A stretch of 64,000 bases of DNA from an uncultured Candidatus Saccharibacteria bacterium (GTDB taxonomy: Bacteria > Patescibacteriota > Saccharimonadia > Saccharimonadales > JAGQNJ01): the NCBI GenBank assembly GCA_965231045.1, contig OZ246406.1, positions 250,228 through 314,227 of the forward strand, written 5' to 3'. The notes beneath the pieces were generated by a model that did no database searches, had not been told where the DNA came from, and saw only the letters and a list, made by a program, of their open reading frames with translations. The translations under genes and the position numbers were made by a program. This document shows, piece by piece, positions 50,313 through 59,952 of this stretch; position 1 is the stretch's first letter, and the number at the start of each line of letters is the position of its first letter.

Positions 50313-51491
50313 CTATTCTTTATCGTCAGTACCGTGTTCTTCGATAGCTTCAAGTAGACTATTCTCTAGTTCTGATTTTTTCTTCAGTTTTGGAGGTTGC
50401 TTTGGCTTTTCCTCGGCTGGTTTTTCAGCTGGTTCATCAGAAGGAGCGGTTTCTTTACTGCCTGTGATATCAAGTTCGTAACCAGTTAGTTTGCTGGCCA
50501 GGCGGACGTTTTGACCACTTTTACCAATCGCAATACTCAGCTGATCTTCTGGCACAACAACAGTTGCTTTCTTGTTCTTTTCGTCAATATTAACTTTATC
50601 AACTTTGGTTGGGCTTAATGCATTAGTAATGTAGGTTGCTGTGTCTTCGTCCCAAACAACAATATCAATCTTTTCCTGTTCGCCAATTTCACTCATTACT
50701 GCATTAACACGTGTACCATGGCCGCCAACAAACGTTCCAACCGGGTCAACACCTGGTACTGTACTGTGAACAGCAATTTTACTACGCACTCCGGCTTCAC
50801 GAGAAATATTCTTAATCTCAACTGCGCCGCTTTCCATTTCAGGAACTTCACCACGGAATAGCCACTCAACGAACTCGGTATTACCACGAGATACAATCAG
50901 CTGTGGACCACGTTGACCACGCTCAACATCTTTTAAAAATACCTTAACGCGCTGTCCAGGATAATAGTGTTCGCCTTGGATTTGTTCGCTTCCAGGCATA
51001 ATAGCTTGGGCTTTACCCAAGTCAACTCGAACTAAGCGACCTTCTACACGGGCAACAATGCCGTTGATCACTGTTCCAATCTTATCCTCATATTCATTCA
51101 TGATTATTTCACGCTCTGCTTCGCGTAGACGCTGCAAGATAACCTGCTTAGCAGTTTGAGCTGCCACACGGCCAAAGTTTTTGACTTCTTCGTGGACTTC
51201 AATAGTTTCACCAACTTTAGCGTTCTTTCGTCGCACTTGCGCATCAGCTAGGCTGATCTCAACACGATCATCATCAACTTTGTCGACAATTTCTTTAGTT
51301 ACGTAGGCATCAACATCGCCATTGTTAAGATTCATCGTTACGCGCACTTCTTGCTCTCGATCGCCATAATCACGTCGGTAGGCAGCAGCAAGGGCTTGCT
51401 CAACGATACTTTGTACTTCTTCTTCTGGGAGGTTTTTCTCCTCAGCTATTGTTCGCACCGCTAGTGCGAGTTGTTTCATATCTAATTCCAT
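50313..51491 (-). CDS. nusA: transcription termination/antitermination factor NusA. The ORF track runs through the intergenic region to 51590; the true start is probably MELDMKQLALAV at 51491
   Basis: N-terminal domain MKQLALAVRTIAEEKNLPEE, S1 and KH domains, acidic C-terminal tail. Confidence 0.9.
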   Translation of the reverse strand: MELDMKQLALAVRTIAEEKNLPEEEVQSIVEQALAAAYRRDYGDREQEVRVTMNLNNGDVDAYVTKEIVDKVDDDRVEISLADAQVRRKNAKVGETIEVHEEVKNFGRVAAQTAKQVILQRLREAEREIIMNEYEDKIGTVINGIVARVEGRLVRVDLGKAQAIMPGSEQIQGEHYYPGQRVKVFLKDVERGQRGPQLIVSRGNTEFVEWLFRGEVPEMESGAVEIKNISREAGVRSKIAVHSTVPGVDPVGTFVGGHGTRVNAVMSEIGEQEKIDIVVWDEDTATYITNALSPTKVDKVNIDEKNKKATVVVPEDQLSIAIGKSGQNVRLASKLTGYELDITGSKETAPSDEPAEKPAEEKPKQPPKLKKKSELENSLLEAIEEHGTDDKE

Positions 51492-51622
51492 ATTTTTTTC
51501 CTTTCTAAAATGGTCCCTCAGAATGTAAAAAATCGACCTGCCGGCCGACTTAACACTATTAATAATACTAGAGATCGCCAATTTGGTCAATCAGATCACC
51601 TATCTTAGGGACACGTGGTAAA

Positions 51623-54184
51623 ATGAGCCTCATGAGCAAACAGGTAAAACGACTCTTCGATCAATTTGATCCAACAAATTATCAGCTTAATTTAAGTCTC
51701 GACAAAACTAAAATGACTTTTTCGGGCATAGTTACAATAAGCGGCAAAAAGAAAGACCGACCATCACAGCGACTCACATTTCATCAGAAGGATTTAAACA
51801 TTTCTAAAGCCACCATTTCCTACAAAGGCAAAAAGGGTGTCGAAGAAAAAACTGTCGACAGAATTAATACTCAGAAATCTTACGACGAAGTTCGCTTACA
51901 CACCAAAGAGTTACTCTACCCTGGAGAATACATTGTAACTCTAGAGTTTAGCGGCGTAATCACCAAGCCAATGCATGGATTATATCCGTGTTATTTTCAA
52001 GATAAAGGCAAAGAAAAAATCATTTTGGCGACACAATTCGAAAGTCACCACGCACGCGAAGTTTTTCCGTGTATTGATGAGCCAGAAGCTAAAGCCACTT
52101 TTGACATGACCTTAACAGGCCCTAAAGGCGAGGCGGTCATTGCCAACACACCTATAAAATCTCAGAAACAAGCCGGCACAAATACAATCACTACGTTTGA
52201 GACAACTCCAAAAATGTCCTCTTACTTGCTAGCCTTCGTTGTAGGCGATCTTAAATATAAAGAAGCCAAAACTAAAGCTGGCGTAAAAGTTAGAGCCTAT
52301 GCCACACCTGATAAGGTTGATTTCACAGATTTCGGCCTAGACGTCGCCGTAAAGTGCTTGGATTTTTATAATGACTATTTTGGGCAACCATATCCGCTAG
52401 CCAAAAGTGATATGGTCGCGTTACCAGATTTTGCCTCGGGCGCTATGGAGAACTGGGGCTGCGTGACTTACCGCGAACAATGCATGCTAGTTGACCCTGC
52501 AAACACTAGCGTTGGGACCAAACAGTACGTTGCAATGGTAGTCGCCCACGAACTGGCTCACCAGTGGTTTGGAAACCTGGTTACAATGCGCTGGTGGACA
52601 GATCTTTGGCTTAACGAAGGATTTGCTAGCTGGGTTGAGTACCTGGCTGTTGATTACATATTCCCCGAGTGGCAAATGTGGACACAATTTACCGCTGAAG
52701 AACAACAAATAGCCTTTAGGCTCGATGCGCTTGATAATACTCACCCAATTGAAGTACCGATTAATCACCCGGATGAAATTCGATCAATTTTTGACACAAT
52801 CAGCTATAGCAAGGGGTCAAGTGTCATTCATATGCTGGAACACTATCTTGGAAGAGATGTGTTTCGGGACGGTCTAAGACATTACCTAAAGAAACATGCT
52901 TACGGGAATACAGACACTGTTGATCTATGGGAAGCTTTAGAGCAAATCAGCAAGAAACCAGTTAAGAATTTTATGCACGCCTGGACAAGTCAGTCAGGAT
53001 TCCCAATTGTTTCAGCAAACATCAGTCTTAGATCAGTCGGAGTCTCGCAGTCAAGGTTTATAGTTAGTGGTGCCAAAAGTACTGAAACGTGGCCGATTCC
53101 ACTACTTACAAATGAGGAAGTATTGTCAGACATCCTTTTCGATAAAAAGACGGCTCTGTACAAAACCCAAAATTCAACAAAGTTGCTTATAAATAGTGGT
53201 CGGAGTGGATTTTACCGCACAGTTTACAACTCCGAACATCTCCAGAATCTTACACAGATGATTAGTACTGGAGAGGTCGATGTACTAGACCGACTTGGAC
53301 TACTCTCGGACGTTTTTGAGGCGGCCAAAGCCGGTAACGGCTCCACTCTAGATGCTCTAAAACTACTGTCTAGTTATCAAGAAGAAGACAATGCGGCTGT
53401 CTGGGACGTAATTAGTGCTCAAGTGGCTGAACTTAGAGGGGTTATGGATGAAGAAGACCTTAGAGAAGCTATGAAGCCTTACATAAGATCGCTCGTGAAT
53501 CGTCAACTTGAACGATTAGGTTGGGACAAAAAACCAGATGAGCCTTACTTCGACACCTTGCTTAGGCCAACAATTCTAGGAATGGCGGCAGTAGCCGAGG
53601 AGCCATCGGTTGTAAATGGCGCCCTTGCCCGGTTTAAAGAGATGAAAAAGCCCGATGACATCCAGCCTGATCTTCGTGGCGTAATTTACACGACTGTCGC
53701 GCGAAACGGCGGCAAAACCGAGTTCGACAAACTTCTAAAAATTCACAATTCGTCTACAAATAGTGAAGAACGAACAACTATTGCAGCAGCTCTCACAAGT
53801 TTTAAGCAAGCAGACTTAGTAGATAGTTCTCTTAAACTTATTAACTCCGATACGGTTAGATTACAAGACGTGAGTTATTGGTTGCTCTATAGTTTTATGA
53901 ACCGACACGCCAAAGATAAGACTTGGTCATGGATGAAAACTAACTGGAAATGGCTATCAGACAATCTCGGCAATGATTTGAGTTTTCCCCGATTTCCGGT
54001 TTATGCAGCTAGATCATACAGTGATAAAACATTTCTTAAGGATTATTCAGCCTTCTTTAAAAAAGTTTCAGTGCCTGCGCTAGAGAGAGCTATAAAACAA
54101 GGCGATGAAATCATTCACTGGCACATAGACTGGAAAACACGTGACTATAAAGAAGTTTTAGATTATTTCAAATTGAATCAATAA
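51623..54184 (+). CDS. pepN: M1-family zinc aminopeptidase (aminopeptidase N-like)
   Basis: 853 aa. GAMENWG exopeptidase motif and HELAHQWFGN...WLNEGFA zinc-binding HExxH+E. Confidence 0.9.
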   Translation: MSLMSKQVKRLFDQFDPTNYQLNLSLDKTKMTFSGIVTISGKKKDRPSQRLTFHQKDLNISKATISYKGKKGVEEKTVDRINTQKSYDEVRLHTKELLYPGEYIVTLEFSGVITKPMHGLYPCYFQDKGKEKIILATQFESHHAREVFPCIDEPEAKATFDMTLTGPKGEAVIANTPIKSQKQAGTNTITTFETTPKMSSYLLAFVVGDLKYKEAKTKAGVKVRAYATPDKVDFTDFGLDVAVKCLDFYNDYFGQPYPLAKSDMVALPDFASGAMENWGCVTYREQCMLVDPANTSVGTKQYVAMVVAHELAHQWFGNLVTMRWWTDLWLNEGFASWVEYLAVDYIFPEWQMWTQFTAEEQQIAFRLDALDNTHPIEVPINHPDEIRSIFDTISYSKGSSVIHMLEHYLGRDVFRDGLRHYLKKHAYGNTDTVDLWEALEQISKKPVKNFMHAWTSQSGFPIVSANISLRSVGVSQSRFIVSGAKSTETWPIPLLTNEEVLSDILFDKKTALYKTQNSTKLLINSGRSGFYRTVYNSEHLQNLTQMISTGEVDVLDRLGLLSDVFEAAKAGNGSTLDALKLLSSYQEEDNAAVWDVISAQVAELRGVMDEEDLREAMKPYIRSLVNRQLERLGWDKKPDEPYFDTLLRPTILGMAAVAEEPSVVNGALARFKEMKKPDDIQPDLRGVIYTTVARNGGKTEFDKLLKIHNSSTNSEERTTIAAALTSFKQADLVDSSLKLINSDTVRLQDVSYWLLYSFMNRHAKDKTWSWMKTNWKWLSDNLGNDLSFPRFPVYAARSYSDKTFLKDYSAFFKKVSVPALERAIKQGDEIIHWHIDWKTRDYKEVLDYFKLNQ

Positions 54185-54509
54185 AGTTTGTAACTTCAAA
54201 TTGGTCACCAGAAATTTCAATTGCCGATAGCTGATATCCGCCATGCCACTTATTTTCACTGACCCAAAACTCAGCTGCAAAAGCCATTTGTTTTTGCTTT
54301 TTTGGGGTTATGTACTCCAGACCTGAACCATGAGCGTTAGACTGACGATATTTTACTTCTACAAAATATATAACTCCGTTTTGGCTGGCGATGACATCAA
54401 TCTCACAAAATCGGGTACGCCAGTTTTGTCCCAAAATATTGTAGCCCAACCTTTTTAGGTATTCGGCAGCAGCAGCCTCAGCTTGCCTCCCCGTAGTAAA
54501 AGTTGTCAT
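54168..54509 (-). CDS. yraN: YraN-family (UPF0102) putative endonuclease
   Basis: 113 aa. GEIDVIASQNGVIYFVEVKYRQS matches the YraN core. Canonical neighbour of rnhB. Confidence 0.75.
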   Translation of the reverse strand: MTTFTTGRQAEAAAAEYLKRLGYNILGQNWRTRFCEIDVIASQNGVIYFVEVKYRQSNAHGSGLEYITPKKQKQMAFAAEFWVSENKWHGGYQLSAIEISGDQFEVTNFIDSI

Positions 54510-55105
54510 AGCAAAGCTTGAATTGGCTTATACGAAAGTCTGTGAATTGGTGAAACGCCAAATTGTTTTAACAGATCGCTATGAAGTTTTGTCCCATAAC
54601 CCACGTGTCTTTCAAACTGATATTCTGGGTAAACCTTGGCTAGATCTATCATCAAATTATCTCTCTTTACTTTGGCGAATATACTAGCAGCACTCACAAT
54701 TGGATACAAGCTATCAGCCTTAATTACCGTTTTAACTGACGTAAAGCTAATTGGACAATAGTTAATGTTTCCGTCCATGATAATTTCTTCGTTACTTTTG
54801 GCATTCAAAGCCGTCAAAGCTCTTTTTACAGCAAGCCTCATAGCTTCAGACAAGCCAAGTTGATCAATTTCATCGTGCTGAACCCAGCCTTCACCTAGCT
54901 CGCATGTCTGTTCAATGTCGTCAATGAGAAGCTCTCGACGTTTTTTTGTAATTAATTTCGAGTCCTTGAGGGATTTTGGCAAGTCTGATATTTGGCGTGC
55001 GGCAACAACCAACAAGGGTCCTGCCCAGCAACCACGTCCTACCTCATCAATCCCAATCATAGTAATATTATACTTCTTGTTTCTTATAGTAGTAATGCTA
55101 AACAT
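54506..55105 (-). CDS. rnhB: ribonuclease HII
   Basis: 199 aa. GIDEVGRGCWAGPLLVVA is the active-site motif. Confidence 0.9.
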   Translation of the reverse strand: MFSITTIRNKKYNITMIGIDEVGRGCWAGPLLVVAARQISDLPKSLKDSKLITKKRRELLIDDIEQTCELGEGWVQHDEIDQLGLSEAMRLAVKRALTALNAKSNEEIIMDGNINYCPISFTSVKTVIKADSLYPIVSAASIFAKVKRDNLMIDLAKVYPEYQFERHVGYGTKLHSDLLKQFGVSPIHRLSYKPIQALL

Positions 55106-55139
55106 CTGCTAAGCTAATAAAAAGTAAAGAAGGAACATT

Positions 55140-55565
55140 ATGGAACCACAAACTCCACCACAACAACCGACGACGCCACAACCAGCACCAATGCCTGCGG
55201 CACCAGCACCGACTCCACCACCACAACAACCTGCTGAACCACAACCAGCACCAATGCCTGCGGCACCAGCACCTGTTAGTACGGATCCTGGTAAAGGTTT
55301 GGGTATCGCTAGTCTTATCTTAGGTATTTTTGGGCTCGGCCTTATTGGGCTAATTTTAGGCATCATCGGTCATAACAAGTCCAAAAAAGCTGGCATGAAA
55401 AATGGGGTTGCCGTAGCCGGTATTATTGTCTCGATAATTTCGATAATAATTGGATTGGTCGTAGGCTCTCTTATTGTTTTCGGTGCTATGTCACTTGTTC
55501 AAAAGTGCCAAGAACTTGGCCCTGGTGTACACGAAGTAAACGGCACAACTTACACTTGCAATTAA
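55140..55565 (+). CDS. small membrane protein with a Pro-rich tandem-repeat N-terminus, DUF4190-like architecture
   Basis: 141 aa. Two copies of QPAPMPAAPAP, then two TM helices (GIASLILGIFGLGLIGLILGIIG; VAGIIVSIISIIIGLVVGSL). Confidence 0.55.
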   Translation: MEPQTPPQQPTTPQPAPMPAAPAPTPPPQQPAEPQPAPMPAAPAPVSTDPGKGLGIASLILGIFGLGLIGLILGIIGHNKSKKAGMKNGVAVAGIIVSIISIIIGLVVGSLIVFGAMSLVQKCQELGPGVHEVNGTTYTCN

Positions 55566-55592
55566 AAAGCCGCCAGTTTTAGGCGGCTTCAT
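55563..55592 (-). terminator. rho-independent terminator after rplS on the minus strand
   Basis: AAGCCGCC-agtttta-GGCGGCTT is an 8-bp stem, followed on the minus strand by TTTTTAAT. Confidence 0.7.
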
Positions 55593-55610
55593 TAACTATC
55601 TGGGAAAGAA

Positions 55611-56162
55611 TTAATCTTCCTTTTTGTCTTCTTCCTTGGCGTCAGTAGACTGTTCGTGTTGGGCTAATGCTGCTTCAACTTTTGCCTCTTCCTTGGCATC
55701 TTCTTCGGCCTTCTTGGCGGCTTCAGCTTCATGTTTTGCTTCAGCCTCAGCCTTCATCTTGGCTTCTTCAGCTTCAGCCTTTTCATCTCGAACGGAGTTC
55801 ACAGATTCTTTATCAAACTCAACGCCACTAAGTCGTGCTGATTTTCCGGTTCGTTTACGCATATAAGTAAGGTAATTGCGTCGTACTTTGCTTCGCTTAG
55901 TAACTTCTACCTTGGTTACAAGTGGAGAATGGAGTAAATAGGTCTTTTCAACGCCGATACCGCTGGCAACACGTCGTACTGTAACAGATGAAGTGTGACT
56001 GCCTTTGCGATCAGTTCGGATAACAAGTCCTTCAAAAACCTGAATACGTTCTTTGTTACCTTCTCGAATTTTTTGGTGAACACGCACAGTATCGCCAGAT
56101 CGTACATCTACGACTTGGCTTTTTTTGTACTTGGCGTTGATTTGCTCCATCGCTGTTGGCAT
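55611..56162 (-). CDS. rplS: ribosomal protein L19 with a ~65-aa Ala/Glu/Lys-rich C-terminal extension
   Basis: N-terminal L19 core GDTVRVHQKIREGNKERIQVFEGLVI...RRNYLTYMR, then KAEAEEAKMKAEAEAKHEAEAAKKAEEDAKEE. Confidence 0.85.
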   Translation of the reverse strand: MPTAMEQINAKYKKSQVVDVRSGDTVRVHQKIREGNKERIQVFEGLVIRTDRKGSHTSSVTVRRVASGIGVEKTYLLHSPLVTKVEVTKRSKVRRNYLTYMRKRTGKSARLSGVEFDKESVNSVRDEKAEAEEAKMKAEAEAKHEAEAAKKAEEDAKEEAKVEAALAQHEQSTDAKEEDKKED

Positions 56163-56207
56163 AACTAGACCATCCTACACTATTTTCAGATGTAATGCAA
56201 TAAGTTT

Positions 56208-56402
56208 CTATCTGTTATTACGTTTTATTCTTCGAACAATATCAATTATGTCAGCATCAGGAATCATATCAGGATCAATACCTCTATCTTCTGGGTAGCT
56301 TGTTTCCATTAGCTTACTCATTTCTTCACAAGATTCTGGAATGTTGGTTACCAATCTTATGGATTTTGATTCAACTTCAAATTCTGGCCCAGTTTCGCCC
56401 AC
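56208..56402 (-). CDS. hypothetical small acidic protein (64 aa), low confidence
   Basis: ORF 45 nt upstream of rplS. No recognisable similarity. Confidence 0.25.
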   Translation of the reverse strand: MGETGPEFEVESKSIRLVTNIPESCEEMSKLMETSYPEDRGIDPDMIPDADIIDIVRRIKRNNR

Positions 56403-56628
56403 ATTTTCCTTTCTGATTTTTTTGACAATAGATTCCTATTATACATAGCGCTTACGGCTTGTCTATATTCTGTTAAGTGAAAAGCAGTGAGTTGAGTACA
56501 ATAATCTAGTTATCTTTAGGAAATGTATAGTCCATACATTGACGAGAGAAACTTGGTTAGTGTGCTTACTCAATACTTTGAGGCTGGAATATAGGCAAGT
56601 TGCAAGTGCTTAGTGATATGATGAGTAA

Positions 56629-57765
56629 ATGACAGATTTTGGCAAAAAGGCCCTCGATCAACACAAAAAGCTCAAAGGCAAACTAGCTATTAAACTTAAA
56701 GATAATCTTGATACTCAAGACAAGCTTAGTATTTACTACACACCCGGTGTTGGCACGGTATCTAGTTATGTTGCCGAACACCCCGATGAAGCTAGAGAAT
56801 ACACTTGGTTAAATAATTCCGCCGCGGTTATAAGTGATGGTTCAGCCGTTTTAGGGCTTGGTGACATTGGACCATATGGTGCACTACCTGTAATGGAAGG
56901 CAAATGCATGCTCTTTAAGCATTTTGCTGATATCGATGCAGTCCCGATCATATTAGATGTTCATTCGGCCGATGAGATTGTATCCGCAGTCAGAGCGATT
57001 GCTCCAAGTTTTGGGGCAATTAATTTAGAAGATATTGCAGCCCCGATATGCTTTGAAGTAGAAGAACGACTTAAAGCCGAGCTTCCTATACCAGTTTTTC
57101 ATGACGACCAACACGGGACAGCGGTAGTTGTGCTTGCAGGGCTAATCAATTCTATGAAGATAACTGGTCGTAAACTTTCTGATTGCCGAATTGTTTGTGT
57201 CGGTGCCGGAGCAGCAGGTACCGCCATCATCAAACTTTTATATAAGTATGCTAGCCCCGAGATCCTGGTCGTCGACAGTAAAGGAATAATCTCGAAAGAC
57301 CGTACTGACCTAAATGACGAGAAAAAGAAGTTACTAGACTTTACGAACCCACACAACATTAGTGGTAGTCCTGATGATGCGCTAAAAGGAGCCGATATAT
57401 TTATAGGTGTTTCCAAAGCCGGGCTTCTTGATGAGCATCATGTAAGGCTTATGGCCAAAGACCCGATAATCTTTGCTATGGCCAATCCAGTACCAGAGAT
57501 AATGCCTGATATTGCTCACAAAGCAGGTGTCGCAATCATGGCTACCGGCCGAAGCGATTTCCCTAATCAAGTTAACAATGCCCTAGCCTTCCCTGGTATA
57601 TTTCGTGGGGCACTTGATAACCGAGTTCGCAAAATTACAGATGAGAACAAAATTGCAGCCGCCGAAGTTATTGCTAATCTTGTTGATAGCCCGACTTCCG
57701 AAATGATAATACCGAGCGTTCTTGACGAGCGTTTAGTGCCATCAATTGCCAAAGTAATTACTTAG
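56629..57765 (+). CDS. NAD(P)-dependent malic enzyme (malate dehydrogenase, oxaloacetate-decarboxylating), short form
   Basis: 378 aa. YTPGVG N-terminal motif and the Rossmann GAGAAG in VCVGAGAAGTAI. Confidence 0.85.
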   Translation: MTDFGKKALDQHKKLKGKLAIKLKDNLDTQDKLSIYYTPGVGTVSSYVAEHPDEAREYTWLNNSAAVISDGSAVLGLGDIGPYGALPVMEGKCMLFKHFADIDAVPIILDVHSADEIVSAVRAIAPSFGAINLEDIAAPICFEVEERLKAELPIPVFHDDQHGTAVVVLAGLINSMKITGRKLSDCRIVCVGAGAAGTAIIKLLYKYASPEILVVDSKGIISKDRTDLNDEKKKLLDFTNPHNISGSPDDALKGADIFIGVSKAGLLDEHHVRLMAKDPIIFAMANPVPEIMPDIAHKAGVAIMATGRSDFPNQVNNALAFPGIFRGALDNRVRKITDENKIAAAEVIANLVDSPTSEMIIPSVLDERLVPSIAKVIT

Positions 57766-59402
57766 CCGATAACTCTATATACTTCTTCTAGTGTTGTCTC
57801 ACCGGCAATAACTTTGAGAATTCCGTCCTGCAACATAGTACGCATACCTGATTTAACGGCAGCATCCTCAATTTCTTGAGTTGATAGTCGCCTCCCTTCA
57901 GTCTGAAGTAATTTGGCTAGCTCTGGTGTCATTTTAAATTGCTCCCTGATTGGAACCTGGCCCCTGAAGCCGTACGGATTATCCGGTGATTTACCAGGCA
58001 CATATAACTTCAATCCGTTTAGGTCTGGTTTTTTCTCGGCACTAGGCAGGCTATCGACTACTTCTTGGATCCTTTTGATTGTCTCTTCATCGGGCTCGAC
58101 GGGTTGCTTGGTATTATCATCGAGTTTTCTAACTAGACGCTGAGCCATGACGAGTCGAATAGCTGATGCAAACAAAGGGTTCTCGCCGACAACATCCATA
58201 ATTCTCGTTAGCGCAGCCGCTGATGAGCTAGCGTGAAATGTCGCCAGTACCAGATGACCAGTTAGTGCCGCCTGCAGAGCAGTTTTTGCGGTGTCCAGAT
58301 CACGAATCTCGCCAACCATCACTACGTCTGGGTCAAGACGTAAAACAGCCCTAAGTTTGTCGGCAAACCCCGTCTCATCTGTACCATGCGTTGTCACTGG
58401 TATTTGCGTAACGCCCTCGAACTGATACTCAACCGGGTCTTCAATGGTTATTATTTTGCGTTCTTCACTGTTAAGAGTGTTTAGAATCGAGTATAGGGTG
58501 GTTGTTTTACCAGATCCAGTTGGTCCGACAACCATAACTAAACCTGCTGGTTTACTTACAATATCATCAACTACTTTACGTTCTGCTGGAGACAACTCTA
58601 ATTTATCTAGCGTATACATGCTCTGTTCCATGTTAAAGAGTCTCATAACAACGTCCATGCCATTAACGGTTGGTACAGTCTCAATACGCAGATTGACGTC
58701 AACCATAGTTCCATCAGCCATTTTGACCTTTTGCGAAATGTGTCCTTGCTGGGCATCTGGCGCACGAGTCGAAACATTTCCAGCACTAGCAATCGCCGAG
58801 ATTAATATATAAGCCTTTTGTGGGGAAAGTCTGGCTATTGGGTGCAACACCCCATCAATTCTTATACGAATTCTAGCGTATCCTCTCTGTTGCTCAAGGT
58901 GAATGTCAGACGCAGCCAGTTTATGAGCCTGCTGTACTAAATACGCCAACATATCATTAGCCCGAACTTGGCTCAGCGTTGCAGAAACACGCTCAATTAG
59001 ATCTTCTGTGCCAGCGTTAGTAAGCTCGATATCCTGATAGACTACCTGTTTGGGCGGATCATATAACTTCATATAATCTCTAAACCCAGAATCAGAAATA
59101 ATCCCGAACTCTAGCCTCTGATCCAAAAATCGCTGTTTCAAAGTTTCCAGCGTATTGTTTGATGTCGTGGTTGTGATTCCAAAAGTAATACTGCCACCGG
59201 TTGACTCAATTGGAATAACTTTCATGCTATACAGCTCAGGAACGGTCAACACGTCTTTAAATAGCTTCTTATCCTGAATTTCAGCTGTGTTAATATACTC
59301 CATACCAAGGGTACGAGCACGTTGCTGGGTTAACTGCTCTTCGTCACGTCGAGCGTCTTGACTCATGACTATATTTAAGCATAAGCACCCCTTGATGCAC
59401 AA
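57762..59402 (-). CDS. GspE/PilB-family secretion/pilus-assembly ATPase. The true start is probably MSQDARRD near 59366
   Basis: N-terminal T2SSE_N-like domain, Walker A GPTGSGKTT, ITIEDPVE Asp box. No C-terminal tetracysteine motif. Confidence 0.85.
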   Translation of the reverse strand: MCIKGCLCLNIVMSQDARRDEEQLTQQRARTLGMEYINTAEIQDKKLFKDVLTVPELYSMKVIPIESTGGSITFGITTTTSNNTLETLKQRFLDQRLEFGIISDSGFRDYMKLYDPPKQVVYQDIELTNAGTEDLIERVSATLSQVRANDMLAYLVQQAHKLAASDIHLEQQRGYARIRIRIDGVLHPIARLSPQKAYILISAIASAGNVSTRAPDAQQGHISQKVKMADGTMVDVNLRIETVPTVNGMDVVMRLFNMEQSMYTLDKLELSPAERKVVDDIVSKPAGLVMVVGPTGSGKTTTLYSILNTLNSEERKIITIEDPVEYQFEGVTQIPVTTHGTDETGFADKLRAVLRLDPDVVMVGEIRDLDTAKTALQAALTGHLVLATFHASSSAAALTRIMDVVGENPLFASAIRLVMAQRLVRKLDDNTKQPVEPDEETIKRIQEVVDSLPSAEKKPDLNGLKLYVPGKSPDNPYGFRGQVPIREQFKMTPELAKLLQTEGRRLSTQEIEDAAVKSGMRTMLQDGILKVIAGETTLEEVYRVIG

Positions 59403-59443
59403 AACTTTCGTGTCAGAGACATCTATCTGCTAAGCTAGCATTT

Positions 59444-59944
59444 ATGAGAGACATACGATTAATAGCTCATAACTTGAGGAGTACTCATAATGTTGGTTCA
59501 TTACTCAGAACTTGTGAAGGACTAGGCATATCAAAAGTCTACTTAACCGGTTATACGCCCTATCCATTATTAAAAGCTGATGAGCGACTTCCCCACATAG
59601 CCAATAAACTTCATAAACAAATCCATAAAACAGCTCTAGACGCCGAAACGATAATTAAGTGGGAACATACTAGTGATATTGAAGCATTGCTAGCAAATCT
59701 GGCAGAGTCAGGATTTGAGATTATTGGGCTAGAACAAAATACTGAATCAATAAAACTACCTGATTACACACCAAGCGACAAAGTCGCAATAGTTGTTGGA
59801 CGTGAAGTCGAGGGAATAGAGTCTGAATTGCTCGATAAATGCGATAAAGTTGTAGAAATTCCAATGTTTGGTAAAAAAGAATCCTTTAATGTTGTTCAGG
59901 CTGCCGCAATGACGCTTTATCATTGCACATTTTATCCATTTTAG
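59444..59944 (+). CDS. SpoU/TrmH-family RNA 2'-O-methyltransferase (small, TrmL-like size)
   Basis: 166 aa. HNVGSLLRTCEGLGISKVYL and C-terminal FGKKESFNVVQAAAMTLY are SPOUT motifs. Confidence 0.75.
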   Translation: MRDIRLIAHNLRSTHNVGSLLRTCEGLGISKVYLTGYTPYPLLKADERLPHIANKLHKQIHKTALDAETIIKWEHTSDIEALLANLAESGFEIIGLEQNTESIKLPDYTPSDKVAIVVGREVEGIESELLDKCDKVVEIPMFGKKESFNVVQAAAMTLYHCTFYPF

Positions 59945-59952
59945 TTTACAAT

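Noticed and set aside
55109-55366. 85-aa Gly/Ala/Cys-rich minus-strand ORF
   Set aside because: It mirrors the GC-rich Pro-repeat coding region of the plus-strand gene, whose product has a convincing TM architecture. It is a shadow ORF.
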